A stretch of 64,000 nucleotides of DNA from Chiloscyllium plagiosum (GCF_004010195.1 NC_057757.1:9645646-9709645), one strand, 5' to 3'; counted from the stretch's first letter, positions 35,728 through 48,381 are shown. The notes: a model not told the origin generated them from the letters alone. Program-made: numbers and translations.

Positions 35728-36450
35728 AGAGTCATAGAGTCATAGAGATGTACAGCATGGAAACAGACCCTTCAGTCCAACCCGTCCATGCCGACCAGAT
35801 ATCCCAACCCAATCTAGTCCCACCTTCCAGCACCCGGCCCACATCCCTCCAAACCCTTCCTATTCATACACCCATCAAAATGCCTCTTAAATGTTGTAAT
35901 TGTACCAGCCTCCACCACTTCCTCTGGCAGTTCATTCCATACACGTACCACCCTCTGTGTGAAAAAGTTGCCCCTTAGGTCTCTTTTATATCTTTCCCCT
36001 CTCACCCCAAACCTATGCCCTCTAGATTTGGACTCCCCACCCCAGGGAAAATACTTGTCTATTTACCCTATCCATGCGCCTCATAATTTTGTAAATCCCT
36101 ATAAGGTCACCCCTCAGCCTCCGAAGCTCCAGGGAAAACAACCCCAGCCTGTTCAGCCTCTCCCTGTAACTCAAATCCTCCAAATCTGGCAACATCCTTG
36201 TAAATTTTTTCTGAACCCTTTCAAGTTTCACAACATCTTTCCGATAGGAAGGAGGCCAGAACTGCACGCAATATTCCAACAGTGGCCTAACCAATGTCCT
36301 GTACAGCCACAACATGACCTCCCAACTCCTGTACTCAATACTCTGACCAATAAAAGAAAGCATACCAAATGCCTTCTTCACTATCCTATCTACCTGCCAC
36401 TCCACTTTCAAGGAGCTATGAACCCGCACTCCAAAGTCTCTTTGTTCTGC
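35728..36450 (-). mobile_element. CR1 LINE 3' fragment
   Basis: Minus ORFs 36022-36429 and 35814-36005; (agagtcat)n tail. Confidence 0.93.
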
Positions 36451-37077
36451 NNNNNNNNNNNNNNNNNNNNNNNNNNNNNNNNNNNNNNNNNNNNNNNNNN
36501 NNNNNNNNNNNNNNNNNNNNNNNNNNNNNNNNNNNNNNNNNNNNNNNNNNNNNNNNNNNNNNNNNNNNNNNNNNNNNNNNNNNNNNNNNNNNNNNNNNNN
36601 NNNNNNNNNNNNNNNNNNNNNNNNNNNNNNNNNNNNNNNNNNNNNNNNNNNNNNNNNNNNNNNNNNNNNNNNNNNNNNNNNNNNNNNNNNNNNNNNNNNN
36701 NNNNNNNNNNNNNNNNNNNNNNNNNNNNNNNNNNNNNNNNNNNNNNNNNNNNNNNNNNNNNNNNNNNNNNNNNNNNNNNNNNNNNNNNNNNNNNNNNNNN
36801 NNNNNNNNNNNNNNNNNNNNNNNNNNNNNNNNNNNNNNNNNNNNNNNNNNNNNNNNNNNNNNNNNNNNNNNNNNNNNNNNNNNNNNNNNNNNNNNNNNNN
36901 NNNNNNNNNNNNNNNNNNNNNNNNNNNNNNNNNNNNNNNNNNNNNNNNNNNNNNNNNNNNNNNNNNNNNNNNNNNNNNNNNNNNNNNNNNNNNNNNNNNN
37001 NNNNNNNNNNNNNNNNNNNNNNNNNNNNNNNNNNNNNNNNNNNNNNNNNNNNNNNNNNNNNNNNNNNNNNNNNNNNN

Positions 37078-37161
37078 TGGATGCTGCCCTGACCTGCGTG
37101 CTGTTCCAGCAATAAAGTTTCAACTTTGATCTCCAGCATCTGCAGACCTCACTTTCTCCTC
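37078..37161 (+). mobile_element. Penelope-like terminus after the gap
   Basis: gatctccagcatctgcagacctcactttctcctc, same tail as the 16260 element. Confidence 0.7.
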
Positions 37162-37385
37162 TGATCTTTGAGGGTCCCTATTCTCTCCCTAGTTACCCTT
37201 TTGTCCTTAGTGTATTTGTAAAAACCCTTTGGCTTCTCCTTAATTCTATTCGCCAAAGTTATCTCATATCCCATTTTTGCCATCCTGATTTACCTCTTAA
37301 GTATACTCCTACTGCCTTTATACTCTTCTAAGGATTCATTCGATCTCTCCTGTCTATACCTTACATATGCTTCCTTCTTTTTCTT
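37162..37385 (-). mobile_element. CR1 ORF2 internal fragment
   Basis: Minus strand encodes an RIKEKPKGFYKY...TRERIGP-type segment. Confidence 0.7.
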
Positions 37386-37386
37386 G

Positions 37387-37660
37387 TGGGTTTGAGTCCT
37401 AATCCGGCAACTTCAGCACCAAAGCTAGGTTCATGCACCAGACTAGCGCTGAAGGCATGCTGCAGTGTAGGAGATACTGTTTTGTTGACCGAGATTTGAA
37501 ATGGAAGCACTATTTGCTGTCTCAAGAGGCCATTTCCCTGGTTTCCAAAACAATATTGATCACTCAGCCAGCAGGTCATTTGATAGCATTTCATTGGTAA
37601 GCAATTCAGGGAGCGACTTTGTTCCCATGATGTTTCATCCAGGGACAGCGACTGACATCA
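37387..37660 (+). mobile_element. ancient Deu-domain-type SINE remnant
   Basis: gtgggtttgagtcc B-box, then gctgaaggcatgctgcagtgtaggagatactgt and caatattgatcactcagcca, resembling the recalled DeuSINE body. Confidence 0.45.
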
Positions 37661-38442
37661 TGGAGCCTGGAACTGCTTTTGGCCTGGGAAGCCTCATCCC
37701 CTCCCTACCCCAAGCACAGTGACACCACCCCGCTCCTGGTTATTAAATGTTGATGCCTTGTGCCCAGGTTACGTTCCAATGGAGCCTAAGTTCACTAGCT
37801 GGTGTTTGATGGCTCAGTGATCCTGCCAATTTGAACAATTCCATGCTTCGGCTCCACCTTCTGACCGCTCCACATATCCCTTCGTTCTCCAAGACAGCAA
37901 AAAGCTGTCCATTCTGACCCTGAACACATTCAATGGCAGAACAGCCGTAACCCCTCTCGAGGGGGGAGAGGAATGCTGTGGATTTGTAACCTGTTGATTT
38001 CTGCTCATCTCAGTGAGTGTCAACTGAGTCTCTTTCCCTAGGCCAATCAATGACCTCCTTTCAACATCCAGTCCCCCTGGACACAATGTCCACCCCTTAC
38101 AGATGTCCCTTCATTTCCCCTCCCGCTTCTGGTATTTCCACCAATAGGTCCATCACCCTTTTGTTTAACCACCGCAGTCACACTCCCCCACACCCCTCAC
38201 TGTCCTGAGTAACCCCCAATATCTGTCCCACTCCTGGACTCCAATGTGCCCACTGCAGCTTCTGATTGGCTGAGATTAGACTGCTACTGGCCAATCATAT
38301 GTCTAAGTGAGGACCTGACTCTCCAATGGAGGGGCTGAAGTCGCACCAACTCTGGCCCTTCGTGTTCATTGGCTGTGGGGCAAGTGGTCTCGATGGCGCA
38401 GTGTCTGACAACCATTCTCTGAAGGCCTGCAAAATTTTAAAA

Positions 38443-38695
38443 ACTATAGAATCCCTACAGTGTGGAAGCAGGCCATTTGGTTCGAGTCCATACTGACTCT
38501 CAGAAGAGCATCCCCATCCAGGCCCATGCCATCCCTGTAATCCTGCATTTCTCATGGCCAATATCCACCTAGCCTGGATATCCATGCAGACACGGGGCAA
38601 ATGTGCAAACTCCATACTGACATTTGCCTGAGGCTGGAGTCGCACCCAGATCCCTGGTGCTAGAAGGGCTAACCACTGAGCCACTGTGTCACCCC
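38443..38695 (-). mobile_element. HE1-type V-SINE, older
   Basis: tagaatccctacagtgtggaagcaggcc tail; head at the right end. Confidence 0.82.
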
Positions 38696-38936
38696 AGCGC
38701 CAATCACAGCCTCAATCCTCTGACAATTCTTGTGTCCTAACAATGGAATGGAATTGGGATGCTATTTGTATGTTCCTCCATCAGAATCTGAGTACATCTT
38801 GACATTCTGAAAACCCAACCAGGAAAAGGAGATGACATTTATCTTGCTTGAGTGGCAAATTATCGATTCTGCACTCCTTAAATAAAATTCTGCATCTCTG
38901 CAGCAATTACAGGAACATCTGAAAGAGTCTGCTCAA

Positions 38937-39630
38937 ATGGAATATTGTGTGCAATTCTGGTTTATAGGAAGGATGTTGTGAAACTTGAAAGGGTTTATAA
39001 AAGATTTACAAGGATGTTGCCAGGGTTGGAGGATTTGAGCTATAGGGAGAGGCTGGACAAGCTGGAGCTGTTTTCCCTGGACCATCAGAGGTTGAGGGGT
39101 GACCTGATAGAGGTTTATAAAATCATGAGGGACATGGATAGAGTAAATCGACAAGGTCTTTTCTCTGGGGTGGGGAAGTCCAGAACTAGAGGGAATAGGT
39201 TTAGGGTGAGAGGGGAAAGAATTAAAAGGGACCTAATGGGCAACGTTTTCATGCAAAGGGTGGTGCGTGTATGGAATGAGCGGACATGGATAGAGTAAAT
39301 CGACAAGGTCTTTTCTCTGGAGTGGGGAAGTCCAGAACTAGAGGGAATAGGTTTAGGGTGAGAGGGGAAAGATTTAAAAGGGACCTAATGGGCAACGTTT
39401 TCATGCAAAGGGTGGTGCGTGTATGGAATGAGCTGCCAGAAGAAGTGGTGGAGGCCGGTATGATTACAACATTTAAGAGGCAGCTGAATGGTATATGAAT
39501 AGTAAGTGTTGAGAGGGATATAGGCCAAGTGCTGGGAAATGGGACTGGATAAGTTTTGGAAATCTGGTCAGCCTGAACGAGTTGGACTGAAAGGTCTGTT
39601 TCCATGCTGTACATTTCTACAGCTCTATGT
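38937..39630 (+). mobile_element. CR1 LINE 3' fragment with an internal 152-bp tandem duplication
   Basis: ORF2 C-terminal motifs; 39130-39281 repeated at 39282-39433. Confidence 0.92.
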
Positions 39631-40021
39631 CTTTGGGATACAGACCTCCTCCCTTTATAAAGCTGTCAGATATGTTAGCTGTTTTAATTAATCATTGAGG
39701 CTTGTTGTTCAATCCCTCCCTGCTTTGTGCTTTCCTCTACCACCCCACATCAGCACTTTCCCCAGTGCTTCAGCACACATGTTACAGCTATCCCTGAATT
39801 CACAAGGTTAACTTAACTGGCAGGTTCCTTCACAAGAAAGTGATTAATTTTGCAGCATGCTTATCCCCAGACTTGTGCTTTCTAAGTCAGCAAGGTGAGA
39901 TTTGAAAAAAAAAGTTCTTTAATCAAACCGAAGCAGATGGGTCTTGAACCTGATACTCTGGGTCCATGGGTAGGGATGCTGCACCACAATAGGGCCCTAG
40001 AAGAGAAGGAAAGGAGTGCCT

Positions 40022-40092
40022 TACATTGGCTGGGAATCAAACCTGGGCCTCCCATGTGGCAGGCAAGAAATCTACCACTGAACTACCAACAT
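40022..40092 (-). pseudogene. tRNA-Gly(GCC) pseudogene
   Basis: Minus strand ATGTTGGTAGTTCAGTGGTAGATTTCTTGCCTGCCACATGGGAGGCCCAGGTTTGATTCCCAGCCAATGTA, 71 nt, colinear with vertebrate tRNA-Gly-GCC, about a dozen mostly CpG-type changes. Confidence 0.85.
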
Positions 40093-40185
40093 AATTCCCA
40101 CTAGGCCCAGATAATTTTATTGACTCAATGCAATTGAAAATACCTTGAAAATATTTCAAATATCATTTATAAATCAGGGAAGCAC

Positions 40186-40500
40186 TGGTGTAGTGGTGAT
40201 TTCACTGGGATAATGATAACCCAGTAACCTCAGGCTAATTTTCTATGCGTACGGGTTCAAACTTCACCATGGTACTGGTGAAATGTCAATTCATAAGAAT
40301 GTGGAATAAAAAAAATGCCAAACATGTCACCATTATTTATCAGAAAAAACTCAACTTGATCAATTTTAAAAAGACAATCTGTCGGCTTGGTCTGGCCCAC
40401 ACATGACCCACAGCAATGGGATTGAATCCTACCTACCCCTGAAATGGTCAAACAAGGGATGGGTAATAAATGCCAGCCCAGTCCATGATGCCCAATCTCA
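40186..40500 (+). mobile_element. tRNA-derived SINE (second family), decayed
   Basis: ggtgtagtggt head, gggttcaaac B box, tail agggatgggtaataaatgccagcccag. Confidence 0.7.
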
Positions 40501-40589
40501 ATTGTACTTTGGAGTCATTGTTGCAAAAACTAACAGCTTCAGAAGAGGAGAGAAAAAATCTACAACAAAATAGATTCTGAAAGGGAAAC

Positions 40590-40875
40590 ACAGAATCCCT
40601 ACAGTGCAGACAGAGGCCATACAGCCCATCAAATCTGCAATGACCCTCTGAAGAGTATCTCATGCAGACTCTCCTGTCACCACGTTTCAGAGAACTAATC
40701 CACCTAATTTGCACATCTTTGGACTGTGGGAGGAAACTAGAGAATCTGGAGGAAACCCACACAAACACAGGGCAAAAGTGCAAATTCCACACAGTCAGTC
40801 ATCTGAGGCTGGAATCGAACCTGAGTTCCAGGCACTGTGAGGCAGCAGTTGCTAACCACAACTGAGCCACCACAC
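40590..40875 (-). mobile_element. HE1-type V-SINE
   Basis: V-domain on the minus strand. Confidence 0.83.
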
Positions 40876-40934
40876 TGTAAAGTAGAAACCTCCCTTGAAA
40901 GGCATATACATAGCAACCATCACAAACACCAGTA

Positions 40935-41590
40935 CTCTCTCAACACTTCAAAGTTTAATGGGCACATTTTCTCATGTGTGATCCCCATCTGAATGCACTG
41001 GAACCACAGCAACCAATCTACATTCAGCAAGCTCCCACAAAACAACACAAGAATGCCCATGATTTACAACTTTTGTGAGGCTGTTGATTGAGATACAAAT
41101 ATTGATCAGGGAACCAGGGAAAGCTCTCCTGTCCTTCTTCAGCATAGGACAGAGGAATACACTCAACTAGGCACATGAGGCTTCAGTTTACCATCTCCTC
41201 TGGAAGGGGAGCTGCTCTCTCAGCAATGTATTGGGCTATCATAGACTCCCTATGATGTGGAAACAGGCCCATCGGCCCATCACATCCACACCAACCCTCC
41301 AAAGATCATCCCACCCCATCCCTGTGACCCTGCACTTCCCATGGCCAATCCACTGAACCTGGAGATCTTTGGATTGTGGGAGGAAACTGGAGTACTGGTG
41401 AAAACTCACATAGACATGGGGAGAATGTGCAAACGTCACACAGTCACCCGAGACTGGAATCGAACCCAGGTCCCTGGTGCTGTGAAGCCACTGTGCTACC
41501 TTCATCTTAACGTTCAAGCACGAGGAGTGGGACGTGAACCCGGAGTCTTAGGATTAGGAGGTGGCTGTGCGACCAACTAAGCAACAGTTG
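40935..41590 (-). mobile_element. ancient Deu-domain-type SINE interrupted by HE1
   Basis: cagcaagctcccacaa, aatattgatcagg and cttcagtttaccatctc on plus; head gagtgggacgtgaacccgg resumes after the HE1. Confidence 0.5.
41238..41500 (-). mobile_element. HE1-type V-SINE
   Basis: V-domain and tail on the minus strand. Confidence 0.83.
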
Positions 41591-41958
41591 GCACCTAAAC
41601 AGTTGGCACCTGTGTGGCAGGTGGCACAGATGCTGTGACATCTACATCATGGGTCAGCATTAATGATGTGCCTGTCAACACCCTCCTAATTTTAGTTAGC
41701 CCACCTCCGCTCCTAATCTTCACCTGGACATAAACAAGGTTCACGAACAATGTGAATGGTCTAAACTGGAGTGTTCCCACAGTCACAGAGCTTCACTGGA
41801 CAGATAGTTCATTAGTTAGATAATCGATTTTCAATTTTCAACCATGTTTATTTTCAGTTTTATTATTTATACAAAGGAAAACAAATAAATGTTGTATGCC
41901 AGAGATATAGACAGACAATAAAGGGGTCTACACCTAAAGGTCTTTAATTACAAGTATT

Positions 41959-42125
41959 GGGCTGAAATTACAGATGATAGTGAGCGGGGGGATTTCACTG
42001 GAGAAAGTTAGTTATTGCTAGTGGCAAAACTTGGACCCAATGACGTGCATTGAAGCAGCAGGGTGCCATGTAAAGCAGCTTCCTGATTCATAATGGCACT
42101 CCTCACAGAAGGCTAGTTTCAGCCC
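41959..42125. mobile_element. possible old MITE with GGGC-starting terminal inverted repeats
   Basis: gggctgaaatta ... tagtttcagccc (12 bp, one mismatch); no clear TSD. Confidence 0.35.
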
Positions 42126-42295
42126 CACCTCCACCCACCAGAATACAAACTAGGAGCAGGAGTCGACATGCAGCTCCTTCAGTGAGCCTCCTCTGCTAAT
42201 TTGTAAGACCATGGTTGACTTCAGGATTCAACCCTACCTCTCTGATTGTTCCACATATCCCTTCATTCCCTGTATCAAAATTCTATCCATCATGT

Positions 42296-43580
42296 AAACC
42301 AGCCTTCCATCCATTGACTCCATCTATAATTCCATCCACTGACTCCATCTATACCTCCATCCACTTACTCCATCTATAACTCCATCCATTGACTCCATCT
42401 ATAACTCCATCCATTGACTCCACCTATAACTCTATCCACTGACTCTATCTATAACTCCATCCAATGACTTCACCAATAACTCCATCCACTGACACCATCT
42501 ATAATCCCATCCACTGACTCCATCTATAACTCCATACATTGACTCCATCTATAATTCCATCCAATGACTCCATCTATAATTCCATCCATTGACTCCATCT
42601 ATAATTCCATCCATTGACTCCATCTTTAACTCCATCCACTGACTCTATCTATAACTCCATCCATTGACTCCATCTATAACTCCAATCACTGGCTCCATCT
42701 ATAACTCCATCCACTGCTCCATCTATAACTCCATCCATTGACTCCATCTATAATTCCATCCACTGACTCCATCTATAATTCCATCCATTGACTCCATGTA
42801 TAACTCCATCCAATGACTTCATCTAGAACTCCATTCACTGGCTCCAACTATAACTCCATCCACTGGCTCCATCTATAACTCCATCCACTGACTCCATCTA
42901 TAACTCCATCCACTGACTCTATCTATAATTCCATCCATTGACTCCATCTATAACTCCATCCACTGACTCCATGTATAACTCCATCCACTGACTTCATCTA
43001 TAACTCCATTCACTGGCTCCAACTATAACTCCATTCACTGGCTCCAACTATAACTCCATCCACTGGCTCCATCTATAACTCCATCCACTGCTCCATCTAT
43101 AACTCCATCCATTGACTCCATCTATAACTCCATCCACTGACTCCATCTATAATTCCATCCACTGACTCCATCTATAACTCCATCCACTGGCTCCAACTAT
43201 AACTCCATCCACTGACTCCATCTATAACTCCATCCACTGACTCCATCTATAATTCCTGCTGCCTTGGGAAAGTAAAGAACAATCAAAGACCCCTCCCACC
43301 TTGGTTGTGTTTTCTCTTCCATTGGGCCGAGGGTGTAAAAGTTTGAATACACTTGCGAACAAATTCAAGACCAGCTTCTTTCCCCCTGTTATCAGAGTTT
43401 AGGACAGACCTCTCAAATGTTAATTCTGATCTCTCTCTGTGTACCTTCTCTGTGGCTGTTACACTGTATTGTGTTTTGCTATTCTGATACATTTGGAACG
43501 GTACGATCTGCCTGTGTACATGCAAAACAACACTTTTCGCTGTATCTCGATGAGACAACAATAAAATAATTAATCAATCT
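42296..43580 (+). mobile_element. Rex1-like LINE 3' fragment containing an expanded minisatellite
   Basis: SLPSIDSIY...CLGK...IKDPSH...NKFKTSFFPPVIR-type ORF2 end, 3' UTR and aatca tail. Confidence 0.7.
42307..43255. repeat. 25-bp minisatellite (~38 units)
   Basis: Unit ctccatccactgactccatctataa. Confidence 0.97.
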
Positions 43581-44109
43581 ACATTATTCAATGGGGGGAA
43601 CAACCATAGCCCTTTGGGGGAGATAATACAACTTTCTGATTTCTCTTCATCTCAGTTCTAAATGATCAGCCTCTCATCCTAAAACTGTGCCCCTGTGTTC
43701 TAGATGTTTTAAGATTTGAACCATTTCTCAGCATCTTTCCTATTAAGTCCCTTCAGACCTTTGTCTCAATGAGATTGCTTCTTACTCTTTGAAACTCGAG
43801 ACACACAGTAGAAATTTGCACGGGCTGTCATCCTAGCACTATTGCATACTTCCCTTATCTTTAATAAAGTTCACCTTTAAGGACTCCATGAACAATGAAT
43901 GTACAATATTGCTTGACATCTACTCTGGGTTTGCAACATGCGCTCACAGAAATCAGTTGCCTTGCTGTTCTGCTTTGTTACTTATAATGTGTTTTAATGT
44001 TTTCAATGAACTAATCCACACTGTTAATCAATATCCAATGAGGAATTAATGATGGATGAGGGCTTGATTATAGGACCATTATCAATAATAGCATGGAAAC
44101 CTCACTCAG

Positions 44110-44260
44110 AGGAGATGTGGTCTCGTGGTAATGTCACTGGGATAGAAATCTGGAAACCCTTATTAATTCTCTAGATTTAAATCACCCCATTGCAGATGCT
44201 GAAATCTGGATTCAATAAAAACATGGACTAAAAATCAGACTAATGGAAATTATATAACCA
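44110..44260 (+). mobile_element. tRNA-derived SINE (second family) 5' part
   Basis: gtggtaatgtcactgg...gcagatgctgaaatctggattcaataaaa. Confidence 0.55.
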
Positions 44261-44289
44261 CTCGAATAAAAGCAAGGTACTCACCTGCT

Positions 44290-44398
44290 GGAAATTAAAG
44301 AAAAACAGAAAATGCTGGAGAAACTCAACAGGTTATGTAATCTCTTTGGAGAGAGAAACAGAACTGATATTTCAAGTCTGATAAGACTGTTCTTCAGA
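44290..44398 (-). mobile_element. short Penelope-like terminus
   Basis: Minus strand CTGAAGA-A-cagtc-ttatca-gactt-GAAA...tttctccagcattttctgtttt. Confidence 0.6.
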
Positions 44399-44486
44399 GG
44401 TTCAGAGCTCGGACCAGGGTAAAACTCACAGATTTCTATTCTGAAAGGACATTAATAAACCAGATTGGTCTTTATGACAATTGTCA

Positions 44487-44790
44487 GTCATTGAGTCATA
44501 TGGCATGGAAACAAACCCTTCGGTCCAACTTGTCGATGCTGACCAGATTTCCCAATCTGATCATTCCACACACACACACCACCCTCTGTGTGAAAAAGTT
44601 GCCCCTTCACTCCCTTTTAAATCTTTACCCGGTCACTTTAAATGCTCTTTAGTTCTGAATTCCTCCACCCTAGGGAAAAAAATCTTTGCTATTCCCCTTA
44701 TCTACATCCCTCATGATTTTATAAACCTCTGTAAAATCACCCTTTGACCTCCTGTGCTCCACGGAAAAGAGTCCCAGCTTGCCCAGCTTC
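44487..44790 (-). mobile_element. CR1 3' fragment nested in a SINE (44420-44905)
   Basis: gtcattgagtcatatggcatggaaacaaacccttcgg tail; catgattttataaacctct. Confidence 0.75.
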
Positions 44791-45721
44791 TATTCCAAAT
44801 TTTCAATGGAATTCAAATTTCACCATCTGCCAGGTAGGATTGAACCCTATGTCCCCAAAACATTAACCTAAGGTTCCGGATTTCTAGTCCAGCGACAATT
44901 CCACTCCCTATGTTGTTGCTGTTGCAATACCCAGTCCCAGTCCTAACTTTAAGGTACATTATTTATTTAGCCACTTTGGACATATTAATATCCTCAGTCT
45001 CATCGATCAAACAGATCCCTCCATCAGCATTAAATTATTATAAATAAATTCGCCTTGCTCTTCTTCCCCTCTCAGAATATGATTGCTGCCGAGTAAAAGG
45101 GATAAATAATCTTTTGCATCCTGAAACTTCCCTTTTATTTAATATTCACATTGCATGCTTTAATTCTGAAAATGGACAGAGAAATTCATTCGACATTGAT
45201 AAGAAAGTTGTTTTGAAATAGAGACCGACACAGAGTCAATGTCAATACATTCACAACCCTTACAGAAATTGATTGGAAACAGTGCCTAATGCTGGAATGT
45301 GCAGAATCTCAATCAACCTTTGCAGGAAGACAATAAAAACAAGTGTTTTCAGTCAGGACCCTTTTAAACAGGGAAGGCCTTCTACAAAAATGTATCCTAT
45401 TCTAAAGATGAATGCAAAGATTAATCCCGCTCAGATACCTGAGTGATAGGTTAAGGCCTATAGGATGCAGCCAAGGTTAATAAGCAATGATAAGGTGACT
45501 CTGGACCTCACTGCTCCTGAGGTTGCCGATGAGCTGCTGGGTGGTACCATCATTTTTAAAAAATGTGATAATTTCACACATTTGCTCCATTTTAATCTCA
45601 CTGGGGATCAGGGTCAGCTTGAGCCCAGAAAAGTGGCTAGAGTGGGCTTTCCCTGGACAACACCTCTTTAGCAGAACGGGGTGAGGATCAGAGAAAGAAG
45701 AGAAGTTATATATAGACTCAC

Positions 45722-45767
45722 CGCGATAGCTTGGAGCCTCTCCTGTTGAAACAAAGTCTCGGACATC
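45722..45767 (-). CDS. PALM: paralemmin-1-like coding exon (equivalent to exon 2), G + MSETLFQQERLQAIA
   Basis: 46-nt exon with a long pyrimidine tract...ctcag acceptor and GCG|gtgagt donor; QQERLQAIA is the paralemmin signature and splices in phase 0 to the 8443-8523 exon. Confidence 0.92.
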
Positions 45768-46756
45768 CTGAGAAAGCAAGAAAGAAAAGGATTACTCGAT
45801 GAGACAATGACAAAAAAAAACTGTGTTGCTGCAAGAAGGAAAGAGATATTGAGATAATTCATCAGTAATCTTAAAAAAACACTCAAACCTGTTCTGGTCC
45901 AGCCTCATGATGCCTGCCTGCATATGATCCAGCAGTAAAATGCAGTCTAAGTGACCACCAATACTTGACAATATTATTCAGCTAGTGTCTCGCATTACCA
46001 TAATACCCAGAGTAGAAGTAGAGTCTCAAATAGAAGCAGCCCATTCTGACCTGCAGGACTGCCACATCAATCAATCACCACAGGAATCACACCACCATTT
46101 TAGCTGCAAGCTGAACAAATAAATGTAGATACATAGAATCGAACTGCACAGAGGAGGCTCTTCAGTCTTTTGGCACATGCTTGCTCTTTATAAAAGCAAT
46201 TCAATTAGCCACCTGCTCCTTCCTTATATATTCACACAAATTTACCTTTCAAACTATTTATCCAATTGCATTTTGAAAGTTTGCATTCACTCTGCCTCTA
46301 CCTCCTCCCTGATTGCCAGCAGTGTATTCCAGATAATACCAACTCACTGTGCAAAAACATTCAGCTTCATCCACCCCTTGATTATTTTGTAAATCCTCTG
46401 CAATGTGCATTCTCTGATTGCCAATCCTCCACTAAGTTTCTCCTTATCTGTCAACCCTCCTTCAAGTTTTGAACAACGTAGCACAAGTATGATTTGAAGG
46501 AATTTGACGATGAGAAGGCTGTAGGATTTTAATGTGCTCCTGCAGTCAATAGCAGCAGTGATTTGTAAACTCCATGATGCGTTAAGGTAACAAAGAAGCC
46601 AGTGTAACGAGTGAAGGAACAGTTCCTGTTCAGTGGAGGGGATTGACAGATATGAAGCTGAGATCACAGCGTGTAAAGTTCACCAGTGACATCTTTCCAA
46701 CTTGTTTGACTGGGCCATGAAGATTAAATTGCACCCAGGGAGCAGGGTCAACATAT

Positions 46757-47008
46757 CATAGATAATCATAGATTTTCAACAGTGTGGAAACAGGCCATTT
46801 GGCCCAACAAGTCCACACCAACCCTCTAAAGAGTAACCCACCCAGACCCATTCCCTATCTTACTACTCTACATTCCCTTGACGAACCCACCTAGCCTACA
46901 CATCCCAGAACACTATGGGTAATTTAGCATGGCCAATTCACCTAACCTGCATTTCTTTGGGCTGTGGGAGGAAACTGGAGCACCCGGAGGAAACTCATGC
47001 AGACACAA
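46757..47008 (-). mobile_element. HE1-type V-SINE, 5'-truncated
   Basis: Tail and V-domain present, head absent. Confidence 0.83.
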
Positions 47009-48381
47009 TGTAGTTACCAGTTGGACAGAGAGACTCGCTGGGACTTTCACCCTTCATACAAACACAGAGTTAGATTGGGTTATAAACATAAGAGAGAAAT
47101 TCAACTGGATAGTGCTGTGTTTGACTTTGGACAGGCTTCCTCCCTCTCACTGTGCAGAACTCCTCCCAGCTTTAATGCTCTATGAGGCAGACAAAGCGTG
47201 TGCTTCCTGGGGCAACCATTCCTTGAGCAGCTCATCAGAGACTACAGCTTCAGAGGTGCCACTCCACATCAAACAGAGCTGACCAGGAGACTCCTCCACT
47301 GCCATGCACAACAGAAGAAAGTGAAGTTTGATCATTGACCTGGTTGGCAACATTAGGAATACACCTTTCAAGGCCATCCAGTCTGAGAGTGGGACTTGAA
47401 CCTGGAGTTTCGGGCTCAGAGGTCAACCTGTTACCCATTACCCTATAGGGATCACTCTTCACCTCACTGCTATCAACACCCCTTTCCACTTCTTACTGTT
47501 TCACATGCTTGTCTGGCTTCCTGATTAATTCCCCTCCATTTTTCTCCTCAGCCTGTCACCCCCAAGCATGTTGAGAGGTTTGTTTTACAATCAGGAGTGG
47601 GATTCCCAGCTGACCTCCATCCCAATTCCCAGGCATAGGATGTGCTGGGATGCGTTGCTGGGAATGGGATCCAGCAAAACAACACAAACCTGCGAGTGAT
47701 CCTAGGATTTCTGTTGCCTGTGCAAGTCTTGATGATATCTCAGCTGTTAGTGGCGAACTGAATCATTCAGCATTTTCCATCAGTTACCATGACTTCTACT
47801 TGCCAGTCTTTGCCAGTGGGTTGTGAATCTTTGTGGTTATGGAAGGACAGCTTTGGCAATGTCTTGTCTCTCAATGATGGAGATTTTTAGGAAATTGTCC
47901 AACCACTCAGAGGAGCAGATTCCTTTCAGCAGAAAACACCAGAATATCGCTTCCCTTCTATGACTAACAATACCAAATGGCATAGATCTAGGTGATTTCT
48001 CAGAAGAACTTTGTTGGTGTACTGTTTATTAGAGAGATACTGTTTTTCTGTTTTGGACTAAAGAGGGAATTTTAAAGAAGGTGTATACAAGGCACTGTCA
48101 TGTGGTCTCTAACAGCACGTTCCACCATGTTTTCTTGACAGAGACCTCCATACACCATGACCATCCTCTGCCTGTCTCTAAGGCGTATTGAGGAAGTGTT
48201 GGGTAGCAGTAATCCTGCCTTCCATTTTGGCTCCTGAACTTCCAAAGGGCACCATGAGTTTAGGAAGGCCTCTTAGGGGGAATATAAAGTGCAAAACCCA
48301 TGATTAGTAAACACTCTCCTCCCTTGGGAATACCTTTGTGTTTCTCTTGGTTCTTTTTATTTCAGTTCCTTTGCTTATTTG

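Noticed and set aside
35959..37139. Long ORFs of 235-377 aa
   Set aside because: Artefacts of reading through the N gap; same for the ORFs across 50092-50337
42307..43255. CRISPR-like array
   Set aside because: Head-to-tail minisatellite without spacers
45477..45886. ORF-track proteins overlapping the PALM exon
   Set aside because: Only 46 nt are exonic; the rest is intron, including the polypyrimidine tract
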